Part shown: positions 23,801-36,998 of the stretch, in pieces
How positions within the stretch are numbered: the first letter of the stretch is position 1
Layout: each line of letters begins with the position of its first letter
Source of the DNA: Spirogloea muscicola
Taxonomy: Eukaryota
Length of the DNA stretch: 47,014 nucleotides
Assembly: GCA_009602725.1 (NCBI GenBank)
Contig: WELB01000009.1
Coordinates: forward strand, 875,101 to 922,114
Reading direction: 5' to 3'
Translations under genes and position numbers: made by a program
Notes under the pieces: generated by a model
Database searches by the model: none
What the model was told of the DNA's origin: nothing
What the model saw: only the letters and a program-made list of their open reading frames with translations

Positions 23801-25296
23801 TGCAATGTCGTTGTGAGGTACCATGAAAAAGTCGTCAACCTGCAGCTCCGAACATTGCATCAGTAAAGTGTTCGAGCCTGCAACTGCAGATGTAGACATT
23901 AAGATGAGATTGAACGAATTGAGCATAATCTGAAACCTAGCCCAGTTGCAGTCCACACTCTAAAGTTGCATGCGAGCAGCGGTGCCATCAAAGTCACCGA
24001 CTGTCGTGGCAGCTGCTAGATTACCTCCGGCCCTTTCTTTGGAGTACCAGGCTGGAGCAGCAACCTCTCTACATCTCCCAAGCTTTCGCTTACATCAAGC
24101 GTGACCTTCTGATATCTGCAGAATGGATGCTGGCCACTGCTCAATTACGAGAGATTCTGTGCAACACTGTTACGAGCAAGTCCTTCTGCACCTGCCATAC
24201 GACGTACAAAATCTGGATACATTGCTTTGTTCATTTGCGTTTCTTGATTGTGAACCTAATGCGTACCTAGCTAGCTTCTTTGTCTTGGGGAAACCTGCTT
24301 GATCACTCTGCTTGACTGCAAGTGCAGTGTTCATCTTGTACTGACATGCCGCGTCACATCACTGACATCAGGCAGTCGGTGCAGAAGGATGGGTGGATGA
24401 CACGCTTGAGAGCTACGCCTGGATTACCTTGTATGAGCACGTCGTGCACAAGGACGCTGCTTGTCTTACCAGGAATTCAGTCGCGTCATCTGCAGATTGA
24501 GCACCAAAAGAGCACCTCAATACACTAGCCCATAGTCCTTTCGGCATGCCACAGCTGAAGTAAGCAAGTCAGCTGATGAAGGCACGTTGTATCTTTTTGT
24601 CTTACGCATTATCATGGACAATGCCAGTCTCACCATAAAGAATACTGACTTTCCGACTGTAGATCAGCACAATGCCCCCTGCAATAATTGAACACATGAC
24701 CAATGCAATGAAAATCAAACTATGTCAAACAGCCAGTGAAGCTTACTATCTGAAATCGTACCCTATCCATAGAAAGAAGTGGCAGTCACAGCCTCCAGAA
24801 GAAACATGCTCACCCATGAGAATTCCAGACAGTCGGAGTGCAAGGGGCACCTGTGGCTGAAGAATCTGCATGCTTGACGATTGCAAAATCCATTTCAAAG
24901 TGAGCAGTTCGTTTTGCACTTCGTCTTGCGATTGTTTGGCAGAATTGATTGCCAGAATGTATGCTGCCAAAGCCCACCCCATTGCCAGTGGCATGCGATT
25001 GCACTGGGGTCCAAATATATGGGAAATACCAGCTGTCACTGATATCGATCTGATCTGCTCTCCTGCGATTGATCTTGGCATGCAAAGTCGCAGCAATCCT
25101 GCAATGTCATGCCAAAAGGGCCAGTAGGCCCAAAGCATCAGACATGAGTGTCATTTGTGGATAAGCGTAACGCAATCATGCCCAGTAGTCCAGCATCAAC
25201 AGGTTTGCACAGCTTTACATTGAGGTCTCATCGCTCCTCCTACCAGATTTGGCCAAGAGGGCCCTTCTTTGACAGAAGCTGGTGAGAGTAGAACAT
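20810..25296 (-). CDS. REC8: Meiotic cohesin kleisin REC8/SYN1 (Rad21/Rec8 family), multi-exon
   Basis: N-terminus MFYSHQLLSKKGPLGQIW|IAATLHAKINRRR...PQVPLALRLSGILM|GGIVLIYSRKV matches the plant SYN1/REC8 type (MFYSHQLL, AATLHAKIN). C-terminal winged-helix AARLFYQVC|VLASNQYIMVKQVEPYGDILLSKG. Some internal exons were not resolved. Confidence 0.88.
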
Positions 25297-26914
25297 CTTG
25301 CTGGTGTTCTATACTGGTATAGAATACCGCTGCGGCTGCGCAGCACAACAGATACTTTGAGGCTGGGGTCTAGGGGCAGGCTTGCGACTGTGCAGAGCAA
25401 TACGGATGGCGTAGGCAGTGACGCAGGGCTTGGCAGCCTGCAGCAACTCGACCGAAAGCTTCAAATCTAGAGATTGACTTGGCCGCCTCACATGTGGACC
25501 TGAGGCAACGAGCTTCCAGTCGGATCTGGCGAGGATGGCGCCGGGGCAGCGCAGAAGGGGCCGACGCGCCCGGCCTGAAAGTGGGACTAGGCGTCGCTCC
25601 TGGCTACTCGCGAGGCCGCCGCCGCTGCAAGACCCGTCAATGTCAGGTCAGAGGCCTCCACCGGGGCCTCCTCGGCCGCCGCCGCCGCGCCCCCGCCACC
25701 GCCGCCGCCGCTACGGAGGCCGATGAGCCTGTGGTGATCAGCAGCCGCCTGCAGCTGGGGACCCGGGGGCGCTGCCCCGGTCCTGGTCCTGGTCTCTCCC
25801 GCCCTTGCCTCGGTAGCCGGGCCGGCCGAGGGGATAATCCCGGTTTCCGCCAGGTTATGGAGGTTGAGAAGAGTCATAAATGGGCCGAAAGGCATGAAAT
25901 CGCAGACAGCAATGCACGTGGCTACAGCCAATGGATGCCGTGGGATCGGCACTTGCAGTTGCTCTGTCTTTCTTGAGCTTTCTTCTGATCATCACATCGC
26001 TTCATCCAATGCAAAGGCAATGGCTGTGCGCGGCCGGCCCGAAGGTATCCATCATCAGAAGACTTTATCGCAGTCGCACCCTCGATTCTAAGCCAGATGA
26101 AAGATTAAAGAAAGCGCGGCCAGATTGACTGGTGGTGGCTGGGTAAGGCCAGCCCAAAGGAATGGACAAGGTCTGAAGGAGCCGGAGTGCGAAGGACTAG
26201 GACTAAGACATCAGCCAGGGAACGCTCAGTAACCTCTAGTGGGGAGATGAAAAGTCTGAGTTGATTTTAAGCCAGATGGCGGTGACCGCCTCCCCCTGAT
26301 CTAAACCCGGCCGCCGGAGGGCGTGTGCCAGCCGTCGATCTCAAGCTGCGACTGGAGCCCGTCGATACCGTCGATGGTGCCAGAGGCAGTGCCGCATCGA
26401 GGCCGCACACGTCGCCAACAGGCGGCCCTGGGTTACGCCTGCGCCATCTGGCAAGTTGACACCCGTCCGATCGTCAGGTCTAGACCAGCTCAGTCCGTTG
26501 GATCGGCCTCATCTTGAGCCGGGGGGCCCTCATCTCGCTCCAGCCGCCATGCCCCATCTCCCCGCCGCCCCCGGCTCTCCTCCCTCCCTCCCTCCCTCCC
26601 TCCCTCCTGACGCCGGGCACCAGTCTCAAGCTGGACTCCCTCCCTCCATTCCGATCAATNCCCCCGTTCTGCAGCTTCAGCTCTGCTTGCCCGCCTCCAT
26701 CTCCCGCGCGCACGGCGCCAGCGCCTGCGTCGGGCGGTTGCGGCGCCGCCATGGACGCCGCCAGCGCCGCCACACGGTCGTGGCCTTGAGCTGCCGCCGG
26801 CACCATCGCCTGCCTTCTGGCCTAGCGCCTGCACCTCCTCGTCCAGCTCGGGTCGCGCAGGGCTCTGTGCAGCGGCGGGCTCGCGGCCGCCCCGGTTCTC
26901 CCCAAGGCGCCGCC

Positions 26915-29900
26915 ATGAGCAACTTTTGGACCTTCGGCGGCCTCCGCAGCAGCCCGTCGCTGGAGAAATCCTCGCCGTCAGCCTCTGCGCCAGCGGTCGC
27001 CGTCGCTGCTGCGGCTGCTGCAGAGAGTGCGCAGGACGAGGAGGAGGTCCAGTCTCAGGAAAAGCCACACGGCGATGGTGGCGACGTCACCGCCAGCGAT
27101 ACACTGCCGCTCGGCACTCCCGTCGTGCACGCTCCCTCGCCAGCGGCTGGCGAGGACCATGACAGCGACAAGGACTATGACAGCGCGTCGGAGCGCATGG
27201 GCGCTGCCTCGTCAGTGTCCAGCTTTGGGGGTGGTAAGAATGGCGGCTTCCGTACGCCGACGTCCCCAGTGGGGTCCCTCGTTGGCGAATCCTATGGTTC
27301 ACCGGCGCCAGGCATGGACGTCGGTGCAGAGGGCGCACTGCTACGCCTCAACGAGATGTCCACGGGCAACCCCTCGCTGGACACTGCGTAAGACACGAGC
27401 TAGCCAGTCTTAAAGCTTACATCCCCCCCATCTATTCCGACGTTGGAATGGAATGGTGTGTGGCGGCTGAGCTCAACTTGGCTGACCAGGCAGGTCCAGG
27501 CCCTGCATGTACCCTTTGACTTTTGGCCTATCTTTGTGGCTCGATAGCTGGCTCGTCAGGCGTCAGTCCTGGACATTGCAAGAGTCCTTCTGCTCCGCTA
27601 GTTACAAACACTTATGCGGCACTTGTGCTGCAGTACGTCCGGTATCTCTGACACTACTGAACGACCCCGGTGGCTGCTGCTAGTGTGCTGGAGGACGTGG
27701 ACGAGGAGGGCTTCCGGAAGCGCGTCTCGGAGATTGTCGACAAGGCTAAGTTGCCGGCAGACAGCCCCAAGGTGGAGACACTGGTGGACTCACTGCTTCC
27801 CATCGTGCGGTCCCTCAGCATGCGCCAGGAGCTCTTTGCAGACGAGCAGGTCAATGGTGACGGCGGTGCCGCAGCAAGCGGCGGAGATGGTCCCTCCCCT
27901 GCCATGCCTAGTGCCAAGGTCACGGACGATGACGACGCAGATTTTGACCTGCCTGTTGGAGGACAGGATGAGGAGGAAGACAGGGAGGGTGGTGACGAGG
28001 AGGAGGGCGAGGAGGAGGAGGAGGAGGAGGAGGAGCAGGAGGGGGAGGGAGAGGGAGAGGAGGAGGACGAGGAGGAGGAGGTGGAGGAGGGTGGAGGAGA
28101 CGAAGGTGAACAGCAACGCGACGGTGACGAGAACGTATCAGTGCAGGGCATGTCCGTGCGGAGCGACGAGCCCAGTGAGGCAAAGCCGCTTGTTGCTCCG
28201 CAGCAGGCTGAAGGGGAGGCCGAGCACAAAGAGGGCGAGGTCGGGAAGGGCGAGGTCGGGAAGGGCGAGGAGGAGGAGGGCGAGGAGGAGGGTGCAGGAG
28301 AGGAAGGAGCAGCGCAACAGCTGGAGGAGGCGGAGCCCCTACATGCTGCAGGGATGAGGGTGCAGAGGGACGCTGACAATGGTGGGGCAGCTGCCAAGCA
28401 GCAGGGTGAGGAGGGCCAGTTGGAGGAGGGAAGAGATGAAGAGGAAGGCGAGGATGAGGGAGGTGAGGAGGAGGGAGAGGAAGATGAGGGAGACGAGGAG
28501 AGGGATGAGGTAGGCGAGGAGGGAGGGGAGGAGATAAGGGATGGAGCTCACGAGGGCGAGGGCGAGGGAGAGGACGAGGGCGAGGAGGGCGAGGGCGAGG
28601 GCGAGGGCGAGGGCGATGAGTGGGAGGATGAGGACGACGAGGACTTTGAGGAGGCGCTGGCTCGGAACCCCATGCTCCAGGCGGCCTTCCGGCAGGCGAG
28701 CGCTGCAAGGGATGCTGCCGATGGAGATGCCGGCCGCAGTGCTGGAGGTGGCGGCGGCCCAGTCGGGCTGGGTGTGTCGGGGGGTGGACTCCCTCCCCCC
28801 CCTTCGTCGGGCTCTGGTGGGGCCGGTGGTCGGACCCTCACGAATGGCAGCTCTGGAAGACCCAGCCTTGAGCCTGTTGCTTCAGGTAGGCAGCGGGGCA
28901 GCGGTGGCGGTGACATGACTGTGCGCGAGAGTGACCGCCCGGTTGCGGTGACGGCGTCGGACGGAGACGGTGGCGAGGTGGTGGCCAATGGCGAGGAGCC
29001 GGACGAGACGCGGGAAAAGCTGCAGAAGATCCGCATCAAGCTCCTCCGGTTGGCGCACCGGCTCGGCCAGTCGGCGCACAACGTCGTCGTGGCGCAGGTG
29101 CTGTACCGCCTGGGGCTCGCCGAGCAGCTGCGTGCCAACCGCGGGGCGGCGCGGGGGTCGGCATTCAGCTTCGATGCTGCCTCAGCGGCCGCTGAGGAGC
29201 AGGAGGCTGCCGGCGGGGGCACCGATGAGGATCTCGACTTCGTGTGCACAATCATGTTACTCGGCAAAACGGGCGTCGGCAAGAGCGCGACCGTCAACTC
29301 CATCTTTGACCACCCAATGACCAAGACGGATGCATTTGCAACCGCCACCGGGCGCGTGCGTGAGATCGTTGGCACTGTACATGGCATCTGTGTGCGGGTC
29401 ATTGACACGCCTGGCCTCCAGCCGTCCGCGTCTGATCAGGTCGGTGATACATCATTTCATGTTTGCCACTGTCAGAGAGTCTGACTCAGATTTAGAGACC
29501 GTGTTCAACATGTTCCATCACTTTAGCCTGCAGCAGCATAGCCTGACTGCACAAAATTGGTATTGCCACCAGAAGGGCTCGGCAGAATGCCCAAGGCATT
29601 CGGTTAGGACAATATAGTATTCGCTCCAGTGACATAGACATTAGCTTGTTTCAGCATGCAACTGCGTGATAAGCCTTGGCTGACCCCCTGCCACCTTCTC
29701 CGCTTCTCCTGCATTTTGCCTGCTGTGCAGCGTAAGAATGAGCAGATTATGGCATCAGTGAAGAAGTTTGTGAAGAAGCGGACGCCCGATATCGTTCTCT
29801 ACTTTGACCGCCTGGACTTGCAGAGCCGTGACTATGGCGACCTGCCTCTTATGCGTATAATCACTGACACCTTCGGCACTGCGGTGTGGTTCAATGCCAT

Positions 29901-32883
29901 TGTTGTCCTCACGCATGCGTCCTCGGCGCCGCCGGATGGAAGCAATGGTCAGCCGATGAGGTCTGTCAGTATGCTCACCACGCACTCGTGGTTCTTTGCA
30001 AACCTATTCTAACATTGACATAGTCATCTGAAGACATTATGGTCATTTTCATTCATAGACCACGCTTCAGCTGTCCCATGCGCCTCTGGGCTTGTCAATG
30101 GTCAGGTCTACACAAATCTTGGTCGTGACCTCTGAGAGCGAGCTTGCATTCTGACTGCGACCTTGCAGCTATGAGATGTACGTGGCGCAGCGCTCGCACG
30201 TCGTGCAGCAGACCATCCGGCAGGCGGCAGGCGACATGCGCCTCATGAATCCTGTGTCTCTTGTTGAGAATCATCCCAACTGTCGCATGAACCGCGCTGG
30301 CCAGCGCGTCCTGCCCAATGGCCAGGTGAGGACGCTGGCTGATGATTGTTTGATGGTTCTCTTGTTGACCACTGTGATGTAGGGAATTTAGTGTGGCGAG
30401 CAAGTGTCTACATACCTTGTTCCATCAATCAATTACTGGTCAAAGTACAAATGTCGATGTACGAAATTAGTGCGGTCTTTGTGAAGTAAAGCTTGCCATC
30501 CTTCACTTGCAGATCTGGAAGCCACAGCTGCTGCTGCTGTGCTTCGCCTCCAAGATCCTGGCGGAGGCGAACGCATTGCTGAAGCTGCAGGACAGCACGC
30601 CGGCACGGCCATTTGGGACGCGGCCGCGTGTGCCCTCCCTTCCCTATCTCCTCTCCACCCTACTCCAGTCGCGGCAGCCGCTGAAGCTGCCAGAGGAGCA
30701 GCTCGGCGAAGAGGATGAGGAGGAGGATGATGACGATCTGGATGATGATGACGATGACGACGAGGTAAGGAGGGTGAAAACATAATGGGTTGTTGTCACG
30801 TGTCAAGCTGAGCTAGAAAAGTAGGCTGCCGCTGGTCTACACAGAGCTTTCTAGCATCTTATGCTGCACATTCCTGCTGATAGGTGGACTACGACTCGCT
30901 GCCACCGTTCCGTCGGATGACCAAGGATGAGCTGGCAGAGCTGACTGAGGGGCAGCGGCGGGAGTACTATGAGGAGCTTGCCGAGCGCGAGCGCCTCTAT
31001 CAGAAGAAGCAGTGGAAAGAGGAGCTCCTGCGTCGCCGTGAGATGAAGGTCCGCTGTGGCTGAGCCTACGGGCCATATCAGCCATGCCATGCTCCCGTCT
31101 GGGCAACCCGTGACTACATGATGGCACACTCACTGCTTTACTTAATGTGTGCCTTGCTGCAGAAGAGAGCTGGCCAACCGGATGCGGAGCCAATTGTGGA
31201 GGAGTTGGAGCCTGAGGACGATGGGCCGCGCTCGTCGTCTGTGCCCGTGCCCATGCCAGACATGGCTTTGCCGCCGTCATTTGACAGTGACAATCCCACC
31301 CACCGATACCGTTACCTGGAAACTGCCAACCAGGTAAGGAGGCTGCCAAACTTGACAAGCCAGGTTTGTCAAGAGATATGCTTATGGACGACGCAGATAT
31401 GTCACCTCACACTGCTGGCATGGACTGTGTCGGCGAACATGGGTGCTCAGTCTGCTGGTGTCCAGTCGATCTGATGATAGCAAAGAGTCTAGAGGACCTT
31501 TGCCATTAGTCAGCCTGCAAGTTGGGCTTGTGAATGCCATCAACCTGGAGTGAGCCGGCATAAGTCCTGAAGAAACTAGCTTTCATTGTCGAAGTCTGAT
31601 CCACAACTCCTCAGATTTAGTATTCCTAATCCACTTACGTGTCCAAGAACCCGACCAGCTGGCTATGAATCTACTGCATAGAAAGTGGGCCTCTGGATTT
31701 ACCAACTGCGATGTGAGGAAGATGCACCTCGTTGCCCTGCAGTGGCTCGTGCGGCCGCTCCTGGAGGCGCATGGGTGGGACCACGATGCTGGCTACGATG
31801 GGTTTAGCCTAGAGAAGCAGATGGTGGTGCAGGAGCGCATCCCCGCGGCCATTTCCGGGCAGATCACCAAGGACAAGAAGGAGGCCAACATCAACCTGGA
31901 GGCGGCGGCGACATTCAAGCACGGCAAGGACAGCTCGCGTGTCACCACCTCGGGCCTCGACATCCAAACAGTTGGCAAGGACCTTGCATACACGATGCGC
32001 TCCGAGACTCGGTTCTCCAACTTCAAGAAGAACAAGACGACTGCTGGGCTCGCCCTCACATACCTTGGTGGCACTGTTGCGGCTGGTCTCAAGGTTCTTA
32101 CCAATTGCCATAATCATGAGCTGCATAACTTGTGCAGAGCAACACTTCGGTGCAGCCCCACTTGCAATCAGTCTTTGTACCTTTCTGGACTTCATGCTAT
32201 GCTTTTGTATGGGACTTCATTTTTCTCAACGCCCTGGCCTCCAAATTTCTGCTTAGCAAAGCCAGGCTGCTTGAAGACCTACAGGCAGGCTCTTACATTA
32301 CTGGTATTTGAATCAGGTGGAGGACAAGCTGTTGGTGGGCAAGCAGCTGAAATTGGTCGTAAGTGGCGGCGCCATAACCGGCAAGGGCGACATGGCATAT
32401 GGCGCATCTGCTGAGGCAACAATACGTCGCAAGTAGGGTTTCAAATTCTCTCCTGTCCTTAAGCAAGCTGCCTGATATCTGTTCTGACCAGCACCCCAAT
32501 CTGACCAGGCTTTCAGCACTCGAAGCATTTTTCTGTGTGAATACCACACGGCCTTCTTGATTGCTGACACCCCCAGGTACTGTTTTTGTGTTTGCAGAGG
32601 TTACCCAATCGACAAGACGGTCACAGTGCTTGGACTGTCAATTATGGATTGGCAGGGGGACCTAGCAATAGGAGGCAATCTCCAGTCGCAGTTCCAGGTG
32701 GGCAAGACGATGATGGTGGCACGCGCAAACCTGAACAACCGCGGTGCTGGCCAGATCAATCTGCGCGCGTCGTCTAATGAGCAGCTGCAGATGGCCATCA
32801 TTGGCCTTGTGCCCATGATCCGCTTCCTCCTGCAGGGCCGGCCGTTCAGCTCCCCTGAGGCTGAATCAGAGCCGCTGCAATAG
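26915..32883 (+). CDS. TOC159: Translocon at the outer chloroplast envelope GTPase, TOC159 family (Toc132/120-like); 10 exons: 26915-27387, 27684-29439, 29731-29960, 30169-30325, 30513-30764, 30884-31048, 31163-31333, 31743-32093, 32317-32432, 32598-32883
   Basis: Very acidic A-domain, then DETREKLQKIRIKLLRLAHRLGQSAHNVVVAQVLYRL, P-loop GKTGVGKSATVNSIF, VIDTPG, VLTHAS and LVENHP. M-domain motifs PPSFDSDNPTHRYRYLE, GWDHDAGYDG and NLNNRGAGQI. Confidence 0.95.
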
Positions 32884-33689
32884 ATCGTTGACATAGAGTA
32901 GAAGAGTTAAATTGCAAGGTCTGGTGATGAACTTATAGCTTGGTTTGCACTCTGTGACCGCACTTTCATAGCCAGCCCTTGATTGTTAGACTGGTCACAC
33001 GCGTTTCACTAGGGCTACCTATCTGCACACGCTGGTCAACTAGAACGAGTTGGAGTAAGCATGCGACACCACACTGCTTCTCAAGTGTGACCCTCTGTGA
33101 CCCACCCATTTTTGGTCAACGATCTACCAAGTCATGAGCCGGATCTGGTCAAGAGCAAGTCGCTGGGCGCCAGTTAAGAACCTTGGCAGTTGCTGCCCTT
33201 TCAGCCCTGACTTGATCAAGCAAAAGAGGAAGAGCTATGCAGGCTGCAGCGATGAGGTCAAGGTGGAAGGCATGGTGGGAGTTCCACTTTGTGGGGCCTG
33301 TGCATGATCAATGCAGCGGAGGTGTTGCTCAATGAATTCGATTGAGTGGAGTACCTTCTTATGCATGTGTAGAAGTCAAGCATCATTCAGTCAAAGTATG
33401 TACCTGTGGGCCTAAGTACTTTGACCCAGGTCCTGGAAATCGTGGCATTTGTCAGTGGTCACATTTCCTTGCTCAGCAGCTTCAATCTCAGCCGATCAAA
33501 GGTATAAAGCAATAAATCTCATAAAGGCCATTGCTTGAGCTCACACTGAGGGTGCTAAGGACATTTGCACAATCATGTTGATATAGATGGGCAGAGGTGG
33601 TGGACCGCCTGCTCTTCAAGAAGCAAACATTTCGCCGCCCTTAATGAGGGGCGTCCTAGTCCTCTTTGGCCACAAATTGGTGGCGGGGT

Positions 33690-36507
33690 TTACTTAATGT
33701 AAGGAAATTTTGAGTGCACAATGGTGCTCGTGACTACAAGCGGTAGCGCAAGGAAGACGTGAGGGGATGGGGGCGCTCGATCCACCACAACCTGCAAAAC
33801 TGCTGTAATCGCCAGCGCAGCTACAATGGCAATGCCCTGCATGTACCAAGAGGGCATCCCAATCAGATGAAAATATACTCTGCGTGCATTGCTAAAAAGC
33901 TCCACGGAACCCTCATCAACAACATTAGACAAATTGACGCAAACATATAGTGGCAACCTTACCACAAGCCTACTGGCATCTGCAAAGCAGGACATGAATG
34001 GATGTCTGCCATCGCTGGTGTGAGAGCAGGGAACTCCTTGATGTGCTTCTTAGTCAACTACAATACGATGTACGAGACAAAGGGACTCTTATGCAACACA
34101 GGACTTCCGAATCTCAGCTTGCATCAAGCTGAAATTTCAGGGAGGGGGCAGCCGACCTTCTTCACACCGCCAACGTACTTGGTGACCAGTCCAACAATGA
34201 TGCCACCCAAGGCGTTAATCAGCACAGGAATCTGCAAACAGACTCCCAGCAAGGTGGTGCAAAGCCGTTATGTGAGAGAAAGAGTTAATAGGGAGGATGA
34301 GATGGAGGGAGGGAAGAGAGGGCAGGCGACACACAGAATGACCAGCGCTCCTTACTACTGACTTCATCACAGTATCAATTCTTATGCACACATCTTCTCC
34401 CTCGCTCTGCCGCGACTGAAGAGCATTGGCAAGTAGCCGCACAGTACAGCTATTGCAGGCATCTCTTTTTGGTAGTGTTGCTTTCTGTAGAGCCAAGCCA
34501 TGATGACCAGAATTCAACTCCAAGTATGTAGTGGAGTTCTGAGACTTGAACCATAGACCCAAACATACTGCTATCGCAACCTGCTGGATATCCACTACTC
34601 CATAAGGATGCCTGGAGAACAAGAATCTGGGCCTGCAAGTGGCTCTTGCAAGGTGCTCACGAGTGTAAGTGGCGTCCAGGCATGGAAATAGCCCTCCATG
34701 CGGATTCGCTGACCGTCCGGCGAGCTCAGGAGGCTGAGAGAGAGTAGCATGCTTGCAATCACCGCCATCTCCATTGTCATCAGGTAATTGCTGCGCCGCT
34801 TGACCTGCGCACAAGGTGGCGAGGTGCTGAAGGAAGTGTTGGGGCAGCTCGCAACAAGGCGCTAATGCAGGATACATTCGTTGTAGAGATGAACCACTGT
34901 GCCTGACTCAAGACTCTCATTCCAGAACCCAATTTGACCAGAACTTGCGGCCATATCGTCCACTCAAGAGAACCGGCTTCGCATTGTGACATTGTTTCTG
35001 CATGGAGAACCTGAAGCTGGCAGCCCAGAGCTCAATTCCCAGAGCCCAGAGCCCAACAAGTACAGGTCTGCCAACCTGCATGACCCACTGGCAGAAGGTG
35101 GAGCCCATGCCGGAGAAGATGGCGCCTAGTGCCACAGGGAGGATGCCAGTCAGCAGCAGCGCCGTGCCGCCAGCAGCACCCATCTTGTGCGGCTTTGTGC
35201 CGCGGCCGTGCTTCTGTTGGTGCTGGCCCCACACGAGGAGCACGCTGGCCACCAGCATCACCAGAAGCGCCGCAACCTGCGGCCTGGACTGCCGATGCCT
35301 GTATATGACCCTCACCATAGGTCCATCATTGTCTGACTTGGGGAGGGAGACCAATTTTCAGGCTCTTGTTCAGGATCTTGTTCTGAATCCTGTCTAGGAA
35401 TTTGGGAGAAAACTTGGACCCTTGCTACTGGCAACTCCAGGGCAGAACGCGCCGAGCAACGTGCAGCCATGACAGCTACCACGAGCGAATGCAAGCCTGG
35501 GCAGAGGGGCGACACGGAGCGAGGGCAAAGGGCGAGGCGAGACGCACTGGAGGAAGAGGAACATGAAGAGGGCGGTGAAGAGGAGCTTGCTCTGGTTGAG
35601 CATGTTGAAGGTGAGGTAGTCCAGGTTGCGGTACCCGAGCTGCAGCAGCAGGTTCTGCATGGCGTATATGGCCGCCGGCATTGCCGAGAAGGAGAGTGCG
35701 TCACGTGCGGACCACGCCGCCGCCACCTGCCGAAGGCTGCCGTCCCACGCCATGAGTGCAAGCGCACACAACGCCTGGGCATGGAGGCAGCCAAGGCCAC
35801 ATTGTCAGATCATGTTTAAGATCTGTGGGTAAAGGCTTAAGCCCTGAACCCTGGACCAATGTGGCAAATTATACATCAGATGTCCAACTAAGAGTTGTAC
35901 ATGCTTCCAGGTGGCCCCTGTGCATTGTCAGTGTCGTCGCATGGTGGCTGCTGGTGAGCGAGACTGCCATGGCAGAGGCGTCAAGGGCAGCAGCAGCTGA
36001 CCTTGGCGACCTCGCACGAGAGCACCTGGGTGGTCACGATGACGTCCTTGCTGCAGCGCCAGACGCGCAATTTGGCCAAGCGGGCAGCTGCCAGCAGCAA
36101 ATGTGGCTGCGTCAGCGGCTATTGCAACTGGATGGCCGCCAACGAGAGTTGGTGGGCGCCCACTTGGCTGGAGCACGGCCGTCGCCTGAGGCGGCGCTGG
36201 CGGTCGCCGGCATTGCCAGCGCTGCAGCGGCCATGGCGATGCTGGGCGGGGCAGCCGCCAGCCTGACAGCCTGACGGCCTGACGGAGCATCAGGGTCGAG
36301 GGGGGAGGGCGGAGTGGGGGGGCCTGCCTGACGAAGTTGCGGTTGAGGACGGGCTGGCAGCCGTACTGCGCCGCCAGCAGCGCCATGAAGACGAGCCCGC
36401 GGATGCCGCCATTGCCGCCGCCGCTGCCGACGTCGCCGTCGGCCCGCCCGTTGGCGACGGCTGACCGCTCCGCCGCCGCCGCCGCCGCCGTCGCGGAGCT
36501 CGGCCCG
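33690..36507 (-). CDS. ROCK1: SLC35A-type nucleotide-sugar transporter, ROCK1-like (UDP-GlcNAc/GalNAc); start codon probably inside gap 36508-36865
   Basis: LLAAQYGCQPVL..|KDVIVTTQVLSCEVAK, PAAIYAMQNLLLQLGYRNLDYLTFNMLNQSKLLFTA, GILPV..SGMGSTFCQW, SPDG..GYFHAWT, NALGGIIVGLVTKYVGGVKK and ALPLVVTSTIVHSKFPYIK* follow Arabidopsis ROCK1 as I recall it. Confidence 0.85.
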
Positions 36508-36865
36508 NNNNNNNNNNNNNNNNNNNNNNNNNNNNNNNNNNNNNNNNNNNNNNNNNNNNNNNNNNNNNNNNNNNNNNNNNNNNNNNNNNNNNNNNNNNNN
36601 NNNNNNNNNNNNNNNNNNNNNNNNNNNNNNNNNNNNNNNNNNNNNNNNNNNNNNNNNNNNNNNNNNNNNNNNNNNNNNNNNNNNNNNNNNNNNNNNNNNN
36701 NNNNNNNNNNNNNNNNNNNNNNNNNNNNNNNNNNNNNNNNNNNNNNNNNNNNNNNNNNNNNNNNNNNNNNNNNNNNNNNNNNNNNNNNNNNNNNNNNNNN
36801 NNNNNNNNNNNNNNNNNNNNNNNNNNNNNNNNNNNNNNNNNNNNNNNNNNNNNNNNNNNNNNNNN
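36508..36865. other. Assembly gap covering the ROCK1 start and the ROCK1/DLST divergent promoter
   Basis: Run of N. Confidence 1.
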
Positions 36866-36998
36866 GCCACCGCAGCCGCCGCTGCGGCGACGGCCGCTTA
36901 GCGTTGGCGCTTAAGCGGGCGAGCGGCCGCCACCCGGCGCGCGTCATGGCGCTCTGAGGGCCGGCGCGGCGCTACGGCGCCCGGGGCTGCTCTCCGCG

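Noticed and set aside
27631..27684. Apparent frameshift between TOC159 exons 1 and 2 using the CAG acceptor at 27633
   Set aside because: The TAG acceptor at 27681-27683 has a suitable branch point and joins in phase 2 without a frameshift.
27654..29408. Long Ser/Pro-rich antisense ORFs (247-286 aa)
   Set aside because: They are shadows of the GAG-rich, GC-rich TOC159 A-domain on the opposite strand.
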